This document shows positions 17,446-25,301 of a DNA stretch of 26,822 nucleotides, piece after piece. The notes under the pieces were generated by a model. It saw only the letters and a program-made list of their open reading frames with translations. It was not told the DNA's origin and ran no database searches. The stretch's first letter is position 1; every line of letters begins with the position of its first letter. The translations under genes were made by a program, and so were the position numbers. Source of the stretch: a virus (lineage: Duplodnaviria > Caudoviricetes); the IMG/VR virus record IMGVR_UViG_3300035532_000270, positions 1 to 26,822 of that record, one strand, 5' to 3'.

Positions 17446-17886
17446 TTAATGATTGATAAACCAACAAATACCAATCCCAAAAATTATAATATGTATAATC
17501 CCCCAAAGAATATTCAGCTTCCAATTAAATAAAATTGGATGTTTTCCCTTTGATATTGTTCCGGCTGTTTCTCTTATCTCTTTCAAATTGAGATCTTTTA
17601 ACAACCGATCAAGCTCGTCTCGGTATGCACGAGCTCTTTCTAAGTGAAATGAAAATCGTTCATGCTCTTTCATTGTGAAAATGGCACCGAAAATGCCAGT
17701 TAGACTGAGTATGATTGAAGGAATTACATCTGCACAAGTAATACTTTTATCAAAAAATATCAAAGCAGTAATTGCGCCTGCCACAGCAAGTAGAACCCCT
17801 GTGACCTTTATTCGAAGATCCCTGTGTTGCCGGCACTGTATCCATTCTTCCTGATAAAATTTAAATAGGATTTCAGTATTTTCCAT
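17446..17886 (-). CDS. Three-TM membrane protein, cassette 2 (146 aa)
   Basis: SD AAGGAG; three hydrophobic segments with an N-terminal Y..E..Q.RQH..LR helix; bounded by attC-like sites. Confidence 0.82.
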   Translation of the reverse strand: MENTEILFKFYQEEWIQCRQHRDLRIKVTGVLLAVAGAITALIFFDKSITCADVIPSIILSLTGIFGAIFTMKEHERFSFHLERARAYRDELDRLLKDLNLKEIRETAGTISKGKHPILFNWKLNILWGIIHIIIFGIGICWFINH

Positions 17887-17905
17887 GTTTAAAGCTCCTT
17901 ATAGG

Positions 17906-17966
17906 CCTGAACGTACTTTTCAGCGGCTGCGGCTTTTTGCGGTCGGCTGCAAAAGTTTTGTTAAGT
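17906..17966 (-). other. attC-like recombination site 1 (61 bp)
   Basis: Minus strand ACTTAAC-aaaact-TTTGCAG-ccgac-cgcaaaaagccgcagccg-CTGAAA-agtac-GTTCAGG; the gene stop TAA lies inside R'' as in many cassettes. Confidence 0.87.
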
Positions 17967-19091
17967 GATATTCTTTACATTAATTCTCATTTTAAGAGGC
18001 CTTGTTGGGTGTTTAACCAATCCTTGAGCAGGCCCATCAGATGTAAACAAATTGGATAGAACAGTAATTAATGCCCCTAACAATATATAGCCAAATAATA
18101 CATGAATACTCAATAGACAATGGGCAAACCAGCTATCTGGGGAAGCATACATATCACCAAAACCTAATGTAGTCATTGTTACTATTGAGAAATAAACACT
18201 TCGTATCGGCTGCCAAGGGCCTAAGTTTGAAATTAATGCAGGAAAGAAGAAGTATAGAACTGCAAAAAACATACATATACTGAAAAATGACTTTATTACC
18301 TGCATAGGAGATCGTCCATAGTCTGAGAAATACCAAAATATTTTAACAAATGTTGATAGGACATCTCCTTGTTTATCATACCAATCAACCCAGTTATGTC
18401 GGCGGTTGCAATATTGTAAAGTTTGACGTAGCCCAGCAGAAAAGCATGCATTCTCAAAACTAACTGATCGAAAATCTGTTTTCTTTGACACACAAGCGAT
18501 ATCAAAATAGGTAGTATTAGTAAATTTAGCATTGCAAAAAAGAGTACCACATAAATTGAATCGTAGCTCCCGATTTACCACTGGATTATGCCCACCTCCT
18601 AAAAATTTTGCGGCAGATAAGTCAGATCTTGAAAAGTCACACTCATAGAAATTTGAGGATAAAAATTCAACTGAAGTTAAATTTGCTTTTCGAAAGCTTG
18701 CGCATGTGAAGTCAACAAGCGCACATACTGAATTTTCAAAATTCGCTTGGTGCAAATCGGTTTCTTGGAATGTTGATCCTTGAATCTTAGCGCCTTGAAA
18801 ATCAGCTTCCCATAAGTGACACTTAGACATATCAACATTTGATAAGGATGCATCTTTGAACGATGCTTTATATAAATCAGCCCCTTCGCCTTTTTTGTTC
18901 TGAAAAATTGTATCTGAAAAACTTAGACCTACAAAATTTGCACCTCGTAGTCTTATGATATCATTAGAATTTGAAACATATTCATTCCACTTTTCGAAAT
19001 TATTTTTAGTAGCGCAGCTTAGAAGTAAACTATACTGTTCTTGATTTAATTCTTCTTTCACTAAAACACCTACATTTATTTGTAATACCAC
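17961..19091 (-). CDS. Pentapeptide-repeat protein fused to a two-TM potassium-channel pore (Ion_trans_2), cassette 1
   Basis: Many A(D/N/S)(L/F)xx repeats, then SDYGRS, TM, YFSIVTMTTLGFGD filter, TM. True start may be GTG at 19061 (AGGTG upstream). Confidence 0.9.
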   Translation of the reverse strand: MVLQINVGVLVKEELNQEQYSLLLSCATKNNFEKWNEYVSNSNDIIRLRGANFVGLSFSDTIFQNKKGEGADLYKASFKDASLSNVDMSKCHLWEADFQGAKIQGSTFQETDLHQANFENSVCALVDFTCASFRKANLTSVEFLSSNFYECDFSRSDLSAAKFLGGGHNPVVNRELRFNLCGTLFCNAKFTNTTYFDIACVSKKTDFRSVSFENACFSAGLRQTLQYCNRRHNWVDWYDKQGDVLSTFVKIFWYFSDYGRSPMQVIKSFFSICMFFAVLYFFFPALISNLGPWQPIRSVYFSIVTMTTLGFGDMYASPDSWFAHCLLSIHVLFGYILLGALITVLSNLFTSDGPAQGLVKHPTRPLKMRINVKNIT

Positions 19092-19194
19092 TTAACAAGT
19101 AGCTTTCCGATTGTCCGGCTATCTTGAGCATTCTGACATCTAACCACATATCATGAGGAATCAACGGATAACCGGAACGGTTTGACCTGTTAAC
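19090..19194 (-). other. attI-like primary site / imperfect inverted repeat at the head of the array
   Basis: Core GTTAAGTGGTA (19096-19086) matches the complement of the cassette-1 R'' end (GTTAAGTGATA) at 10/11; no L-box with extrahelical base; arms tccggctatc / gataaccgga. Confidence 0.65.
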
Positions 19195-19242
19195 ATCTTA
19201 GTATCTATATGAATTGCATATCATTATGGTTGACGAGTGTAA

Positions 19243-19271
19243 AGAATATTCAGGGAATAAGACTTTGTAAA
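19243..19271 (-). promoter_or_regulatory. Putative sigma70 promoter facing the cassettes (Pc-like)
   Basis: TTTACA (19271-19266), 17 nt, TATTCT (19248-19243). The region is AT-rich, so a chance match is possible. Confidence 0.5.
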
Positions 19272-19589
19272 TGAATTTGCCAGAAATCAACCGTTCTTGT
19301 GTCATCCGATATTCTCTGAACACTCAAATATTCGTGCGGTATTCATGATGAAAACAAGTAATACCAAGGCCCACAATAATGGTATGATTGAACTTTTTTT
19401 TCTGAAATTGTCCGACCACCAGATATTGTGTCTGCCCAGAAACGCCACCAAGAAATTTTCTATATTATAAATCTCCCTCGGATCTGCCACTCTTTTGATT
19501 CTACAATTTGTTCTATTAAATTGAGTTTGACGGACTTCTGAAAAATCAGGAATTTAATGTAATAAATTGATTTTTTATGATCTATTTCA

Positions 19590-19961
19590 TTATTCCTCAT
19601 ATTTGTAATAATGAAGTTTGCGAAGTGATAGCCAACCAAGACAACCAAAAAGGAAATACAACCCACATAGCATCAAAATGGTTTCTAAATTCGATACAAC
19701 ACTATTAAAATTGACAAGAAGGAAACCCAATTCAAAGAATAAGGCGGATGTAAATCCAATAATTAAAGCGCTTTTGGAATCACCATTTTCATAATCATGG
19801 ATGATTTCATTTGGTTTAGGATGGAACAGTGACAGAAATTTAAAACACCATAAATAGAAAGATGCTGATGCAAAAACCATTACACGGAATCCTTGCCAGT
19901 AGAAAAAACTTTTCTTTTTGTTATTCATTTTTTTATCCGTGATGGTGTTTATAGAAATCAA
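19590..19961 (-). CDS. Hypothetical AT-rich membrane protein (about 3 TM)
   Basis: Three hydrophobic stretches; start uncertain (an internal ATG at MNNKKK is plausible). Confidence 0.55.
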   Translation of the reverse strand: MISINTITDKKMNNKKKSFFYWQGFRVMVFASASFYLWCFKFLSLFHPKPNEIIHDYENGDSKSALIIGFTSALFFELGFLLVNFNSVVSNLETILMLCGLYFLFGCLGWLSLRKLHYYKYEE

Positions 19962-20020
19962 GATTATTGGAGATTAACCATCCCGGACAAAGAAACGCAA
20001 GAATAAATTTGATATATTAG

Positions 20021-20054
20021 TAAATAAATTGGGGGAGATAGATTCTCCCCCCAA
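20021..20054 (-). terminator. Rho-independent terminator after the Mor/C gene
   Basis: Minus strand GGGGGAGA-atcta-TCTCCCCC then AATTTATTTA; coincides with the GC-to-AT boundary. Confidence 0.72.
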
Positions 20055-20138
20055 TGCTTGCCACTCATTTAGCCGATCCGGCTTACCGTCACGGGTCCAG
20101 CTCAGTCTGATCCTCCCCGGCACCACAGACATACCCCA

Positions 20139-20591
20139 TCAATCCACATCCCCAAACGGCAGCTTCATCTGCACCCGGTCCAGCTTCAGCCGCCGCTGCC
20201 GGGAAATGATATTGTAAATCTGGGTGGTGGTCAGCCCGGTCTGCCGGGCCAGGGCCAGATGGTTCCCCCCGTCAAACGCCTTGTAGATCAGCGCATCTCG
20301 GATGGCCCGTTTCAACCGGTCATCCCGGGGCAGGTAAACGGCCCGGCCCCCGAGATAATGGGCAATCACCACCACAATATCCTGGACCACCTCCCGGGAG
20401 ACCTCCGGGTCCGTACCCCGGCGCCCGGAGAAATGGTCATAAAGCACCTCCACCAGATCCGCCAGCAGACTGGGCCAGTTCTGGGCATCCTGGCGGATCT
20501 CATCATCCAGGCCGTCCAGGACCATGTCCGCTGTCATGGCCGCCGGATCAAACAAAGAGAGCTGGTTTTCACGTATGGGCCGGGCCTTCAT
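20139..20591 (-). CDS. Mor/C family transcription activator
   Basis: WPSLLADLVEV, IAHYLGGRAVYLPRDD.L..AIRD..IY..FDG.N...LA....LT...IYNII; start moved to ATG 20591 (GAGGTG upstream). Confidence 0.92.
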   Translation of the reverse strand: MKARPIRENQLSLFDPAAMTADMVLDGLDDEIRQDAQNWPSLLADLVEVLYDHFSGRRGTDPEVSREVVQDIVVVIAHYLGGRAVYLPRDDRLKRAIRDALIYKAFDGGNHLALARQTGLTTTQIYNIISRQRRLKLDRVQMKLPFGDVD

Positions 20592-20678
20592 ATTCACCTC
20601 CTGTAATATTGCAAAATCAAGACTGGCAGGCTGCTGTTTATTCTCTTTGCCCACCTGCGCATATGTCCGCATATAACG

Positions 20679-21098
20679 CTATTCATGTTCCGCCTTTTGT
20701 CTGTTTCTCTTCTGGTGGTAAATCATCATCTTAAGCACGGCATGCAGGTCTTCAGCCGCCAGCCACTGCACGGTTTCAACGCCGAAGCGCTTTTGGGCAA
20801 TACCGTCCGCATACGCCCAGGGCAGATCCATATCCAGCAAAATAGCCTCCAGCTTTGCCATGATAGCCCGCTTGCTCATGGGCAGCCCGGCCACCTTCCG
20901 GGGCCGTTTGCGCCACTTGGATGTGGTACGGAACCCAAGCGCCTCAAACCGGGCCATCACCTTGCCAAAGGCGTCTTTCGTCAGCTCTGTGGACGACGAT
21001 GCCCCCACACTGCCCAGCAGATCCCGGTACTCATCCTCAGTCATCCCCACCTGCTTTTTAGCCACATGGATCACCTTGATTTTATCCTTGCTGATCAT
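20679..21098 (-). CDS. gemA: Mu GemA/gp16-like protein (DUF1018)
   Basis: IHVAKKQVGM.EDEYR.LL...G.SSSTEL, GF, KLEAIL....LPWAYADGIA...FGV..VQWL. Confidence 0.88.
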   Translation of the reverse strand: MISKDKIKVIHVAKKQVGMTEDEYRDLLGSVGASSSTELTKDAFGKVMARFEALGFRTTSKWRKRPRKVAGLPMSKRAIMAKLEAILLDMDLPWAYADGIAQKRFGVETVQWLAAEDLHAVLKMMIYHQKRNRQKAEHE

Positions 21099-21541
21099 GC
21101 CTTAATCCTCCCCATACACACAGGCCGCAAGCCATATTTAAGCCGCCGGGCAGAGGGCAAAAGCTCCCACTGCCCGGCCAGATATTTAACCCGTGAGCCG
21201 TCCCGGAACACATGATTCTCAACAAATCCGTACACAGATGACAGCTTGCTGCCCCTTGCGGTCAAATCGGTCTTTATCATGTATGCAACCCCTGCCAGAA
21301 AACGGATCACATCCTGCGCATCCCTTGAAGCCAAATAATCAATCAAAGAGAAACCAAAAAAGAAGCTTGTCCCGTATAGGCAATCATCACAAATCACTGT
21401 TCCGGCATCGGGCACATCAACATTACGAAAATAGAGGCCGGACGAATATTCTATGAAATGCCGTGCCCCGCACACCGGGCAAAACACCCGTTCAAGTACA
21501 GTCTTGTCATTAAGAATACACGCCATCCGTTTATATTTCAT
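21095..21541 (-). CDS. Hypothetical protein with CxxC...CxxC zinc ribbon
   Basis: CPVC and CDDC; start probably ATG 21541 (ATGA overlap with the upstream stop); lower GC. Confidence 0.6.
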   Translation of the reverse strand: MKYKRMACILNDKTVLERVFCPVCGARHFIEYSSGLYFRNVDVPDAGTVICDDCLYGTSFFFGFSLIDYLASRDAQDVIRFLAGVAYMIKTDLTARGSKLSSVYGFVENHVFRDGSRVKYLAGQWELLPSARRLKYGLRPVCMGRIKA

Positions 21542-21756
21542 GACACCGCCTTCCCAAGCTTCAGACACCCCTTACTGCCGAAATTCCAGTTATCCGCAGG
21601 AACAACCGAATTTGACCCGCATTTCGGACACGGATCACTGATCCGCCGTGCATCCCACAAATGTCCGCAATCGGTCTCCAGGCAAATCATGGTAGTCACA
21701 TACTTTGGCCGCTGTTTCAGGGGCTGGAACCAGCCCGTTGCCTCTCTGTCCTTCAT
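21538..21756 (-). CDS. Small zinc-ribbon protein
   Basis: SD AAAGGAG; C...DCGHLW...CPKCGS. Confidence 0.7.
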   Translation of the reverse strand: MKDREATGWFQPLKQRPKYVTTMICLETDCGHLWDARRISDPCPKCGSNSVVPADNWNFGSKGCLKLGKAVS

Positions 21757-21865
21757 ACGATCTCCTTTCTTGACAAGGGCAGCCCGGTTGGCTACCCTTG
21801 ATTTGCAACCCGTTCAAGTTGCGTTAAGGCCTGGATCACGATGCGCCAACATCGCCAGGCCGTTT

Positions 21866-22447
21866 CTATTTTTCCATATCCTCGTTTAACACCTTGATCA
21901 TCCGCTCACAGAGCCCGACAGCCTCCAGGGCCGCACGCTCCTCCCGAATTACAAGCCCGGAACAGACAAGCCGGTTCAGATTTACGGCATCCATCACCAA
22001 AGGGTCCGGCTTAAACGTCCCAACATTGGGTTTCCGTGCCTTATTCTGGCCCTTGAGCGTAAGGCGGAACATCTTTTCAGTGCCTGATCCGTATGTTTTA
22101 CGGGCACCGGCGGGCTTGATGTATCCTTCAGCCCGGTATTTGCGGAACAGCTTGTAAATGTAAGCCTTTGACGTATCCGCAAGCATGGCCAGATCCGCAT
22201 AGGAAAATACCTTTTTCACCTTCATGGCCCGCCACACCTTGTCCGTCACGTCACACCCCGGCTTTTCCACCACTGGATTGCTCTTGTACAGGCCATGGCC
22301 GATCCGTTCGATATAGCCCTGGCGCAGCAAGGTGTCGCAGGCCCGGTTGATCTGATCTGGTGTCATATCCAGGGCGATCTTGGCATCCTTGCGTTTAAAA
22401 ACCGCATTGGCCGCCGCATAGTTTCTGAGCATGTTGGTTACATCCAT
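21866..22447 (-). CDS. Tandem winged-helix DNA-binding protein of transposable phages
   Basis: Two HTH-like halves (L.RQGYIER...GLY; KVWRAMK....FS..DL..LA); directly after the B ATPase. Confidence 0.7.
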   Translation of the reverse strand: MDVTNMLRNYAAANAVFKRKDAKIALDMTPDQINRACDTLLRQGYIERIGHGLYKSNPVVEKPGCDVTDKVWRAMKVKKVFSYADLAMLADTSKAYIYKLFRKYRAEGYIKPAGARKTYGSGTEKMFRLTLKGQNKARKPNVGTFKPDPLVMDAVNLNRLVCSGLVIREERAALEAVGLCERMIKVLNEDMEK

Positions 22448-22450
22448 GGC

Positions 22451-23158
22451 CTAATTCTCCGGGGTCGGCTTGATGCGCCGCTCCGGTATGGCCTGTACAG
22501 CCTCTGGGTCAATGGCGTCGATCTTGTTGCTTTTGGCAATCACCTCCAGGTCCCGCAGGTCATGGTACAGCCCCCGGAACCCGCCCTTGCACCGTTTGAG
22601 CAGCATCGCCGCTGCATCCGGCTTGATCTTCAGGTCACACGCCTTCATGCCCAGGACCACCACATCCTCCAGAGTGACCGGCCCGAACTCCACGGTCTTG
22701 GTCACCCGGTCCCACAGCCGCCGCCGGGAATGCAGCTTGCCGTAAAGCGCAGGCTCACCCACCAGGACAACCGGCGTACCTGTCGCGTCATGAATGTCCC
22801 GCAGATGCTCAATGCCGTGTATGCACAATTTATCCGCCTCATCAATGAGCAGGGTCCGAGGCGATTCATCCAGCTCCTCTGCAATGATGCGCTTAGCATG
22901 CTTTTTCTGTCTGGGCTCCATGCCGTTCAGTTCCCGGCAGATGTCCTGCAACAGCCCCAAAGGCGTGGTCTCATCTTCCACATAAAGATAGACCGCCCCG
23001 CTGTTCACCGCATAATCCTCAACACAGCTTGTTTTTCCCCGGCCGGGAAGTCCCCACACCACCATCAGTCCGGGTTGGCCTTTTACCGTGTCTTCAACCA
23101 CCCGGACGGCCTGCCGAAAAGCCGCTACCCGCTTGGTTTCGATCAATAATTTTTTCAA
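22451..23158 (-). CDS. Transposition AAA ATPase (MuB-like)
   Basis: TTG start with GAGGAGG; Walker A GLPGRGKT, Walker B LLIDEAD, LRDIHD.TGTPVVLVG. Confidence 0.92.
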   Translation of the reverse strand: MKKLLIETKRVAAFRQAVRVVEDTVKGQPGLMVVWGLPGRGKTSCVEDYAVNSGAVYLYVEDETTPLGLLQDICRELNGMEPRQKKHAKRIIAEELDESPRTLLIDEADKLCIHGIEHLRDIHDATGTPVVLVGEPALYGKLHSRRRLWDRVTKTVEFGPVTLEDVVVLGMKACDLKIKPDAAAMLLKRCKGGFRGLYHDLRDLEVIAKSNKIDAIDPEAVQAIPERRIKPTPEN

Positions 23159-23173
23159 TGATTCCTCCTTGAG

Positions 23174-25300
23174 TTACAGGTTAAATAACAGCTTCAAATC
23201 CTCAAAGCGCTGCCTGTAGCTGTTAAAATCAGGCTGCGCCTCAAATTCCGCCATAAATGCCGCATCCTCGGCACCGGCGCTGCGCCCGTGTTCATGGATC
23301 AGCCGGAACACCCATTCATAATGTTCCAAGTCGGATTGCCAGTACTTCGGCCGGGGGATTTCCGGTTCAACAGCCATATCCGACTCAGCCTTTTCAACGG
23401 CCGCTTCCAATTGCAGAATCTCTTTATCTGATATAATCTCCGGTTCCTGGGCTTTGGAATCATCCTCGACAGCCTGTGCATCCTGAAGAATAGGTACTTT
23501 GGGATTAAAGGGCAGGATGTTCGCGCTGTTCTCAGCATTGGCCGATATCCCCAACCGCTCAAGCTGCTGTTTGTTCGCCCTGGCCATCCTGGCCTGGCGT
23601 TTATTCGCCTCAATCACCTGGTCAAGGGCAACCTGGTCTCCGAACAGTTTAGCTAATGGATGGCAGGCTTTAACGGGATATGCCTCCCCCAGATAAATGC
23701 CGTCCAGGGTGTAACACCAGACTATCCGCAGATCTGCCGTATTCACCGCAGCATAAATGGTCAAATCCGTATCAAGATTATGAAGAGAGTCCGATTCATA
23801 CTCGATCTTCCACAGCGTAATCCGGCAGCGCCGAGGCCGGACCTTGATCCGCAATAGAAAATCATAGTTCAACTGCACCGGATCAACCCCGGGGCCACGG
23901 TTTTCAAGAAACATGTCCGCAGGGCAGGACGGCAGATCCGAATGGGGCTGATCCGCATACCATTGAAAGTATCTGTCAATGATCATTGATGCCTCCCGGA
24001 TCGTGGGCACCCAACCCTTTGTCCGGGCTTCATGCATGGCTTTGTGCCACTTTTCGTTTCTGTGCATGTGGGCGGGTTTCGTCTGTATGGAATCGCCGCA
24101 AAAAGAAGGCATAAGCCATTCAAGCTGACTCTGGAATGTAAGGAAAAACCGTTCCACGACCTTTGACCTGCCGTTATAAGGCTTGGCAAAAAATACAGCG
24201 GTCCCCACCCGGGCATAAATACCGGTCAATTCCTCAAAGTCAGGATCTATCTTTGTAAAGAGCTTGGATTTAAACGCCCGGCCATTATCCAGGTATACGC
24301 TCTCAGGGTACTTGCCCAAGGCGATCACGGCATTGCGAAATGCCGTTAAAATACCCAGCTGGTTTTCCGATGGCATGATGTGCCAGCCACATGGATATCG
24401 CGATTTCCAGTCAAAAAAGACTATCAAAATCATACGGCAGGGCCGGCCGGTTACCGGATGCAGGATATTAAAATTCAACACCTTGCCGTCCGCCACCAGG
24501 CATTGCCCCACATCAAGGAGATCCGGATCACGGGTGATATAGGGCGCGTACTTATCCTGATATGCCTTCATCCCCTCCCGGGCCAGGCAGATGATACCGG
24601 CATTGAATTTTTTATAATCCTTGAGCCAGCGCCGCCAGGTGCTCTCGTTGGCCCGCTCGGGCTTGTCCATCTTTTCCAGGGTCATTTGGGCCATCTTGAT
24701 TGCCGTCTTCACACTCGGCCTGCCCCCATGCAGATAACATTGCAGGAAAACTTCCTTGGCCGTCTCAGACAGCTTCCGGCCCTTGTATGTATTGGTGCCG
24801 TGCTTTTTCCATCCACCGCGGCCGTCACAGAGCACCAGGTAATTATCCTTGTTCTCTTTCAGCTTTTTATCCAGTGCCTCCAGGGTCTTGAGCTGGATCG
24901 CCCCCACAGTGGTAAATACCTGGGGCAGCAGCACCCCGGCGTTATACGCCGTGACAAAGACCTCGGCCGCCTCCCCCTTTTTCCCCCAGCCCGCCTGTTC
25001 TTTGGTGATCCTGAAAGCATGGACCAGATTGTATTTAGCCAGGCCTATTTTATTGGATTTCTTAGGAACCGGGTTATTCGGCACCACAGCAGGCAGGCCG
25101 GCACCGGTAGCCGCCTGCCGGGACACAAGCGCTTCACGCACTTTAACCGGTAAAAGCTCCCGGACATAAAACAACTCATTTCCGCCCTGCTTGGGCCGTT
25201 TCACCGATGCCCAGTCATCCTGAACCGCCTTCATCCGCACCGCCCGGGTGCCCACATCCAGCACTTCAGACAATTCAGATTCCGCTACCAATGCACCCAT
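23174..25300 (-). CDS. Mu-like DDE transposase (MuA-like)
   Basis: N-terminal Mu-type HTH; catalytic VADG, YLDNGRAF, SKVVERFF; Y...PHS.L. Confidence 0.93.
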   Translation of the reverse strand: MGALVAESELSEVLDVGTRAVRMKAVQDDWASVKRPKQGGNELFYVRELLPVKVREALVSRQAATGAGLPAVVPNNPVPKKSNKIGLAKYNLVHAFRITKEQAGWGKKGEAAEVFVTAYNAGVLLPQVFTTVGAIQLKTLEALDKKLKENKDNYLVLCDGRGGWKKHGTNTYKGRKLSETAKEVFLQCYLHGGRPSVKTAIKMAQMTLEKMDKPERANESTWRRWLKDYKKFNAGIICLAREGMKAYQDKYAPYITRDPDLLDVGQCLVADGKVLNFNILHPVTGRPCRMILIVFFDWKSRYPCGWHIMPSENQLGILTAFRNAVIALGKYPESVYLDNGRAFKSKLFTKIDPDFEELTGIYARVGTAVFFAKPYNGRSKVVERFFLTFQSQLEWLMPSFCGDSIQTKPAHMHRNEKWHKAMHEARTKGWVPTIREASMIIDRYFQWYADQPHSDLPSCPADMFLENRGPGVDPVQLNYDFLLRIKVRPRRCRITLWKIEYESDSLHNLDTDLTIYAAVNTADLRIVWCYTLDGIYLGEAYPVKACHPLAKLFGDQVALDQVIEANKRQARMARANKQQLERLGISANAENSANILPFNPKVPILQDAQAVEDDSKAQEPEIISDKEILQLEAAVEKAESDMAVEPEIPRPKYWQSDLEHYEWVFRLIHEHGRSAGAEDAAFMAEFEAQPDFNSYRQRFEDLKLLFNL

Positions 25301-25301
25301 T

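Noticed and set aside
17367-17966. The inter-gene hairpins as plain rho-independent terminators
   Set aside because: They lack U-tracts and instead have AAC/GTT ends, extrahelical bases and cross-cassette end complementarity.
19963-20000. Possible promoter TTGCGT-N18-TAATCT for the 123-aa gene
   Set aside because: Weak match in AT-rich DNA; not distinguishable from chance without data.
19200-20020. Integron integrase gene divergent from the attI-like site
   Set aside because: No long plus-strand ORF or tyrosine-recombinase motifs; the ATG at 19271 gives only about 25 codons.
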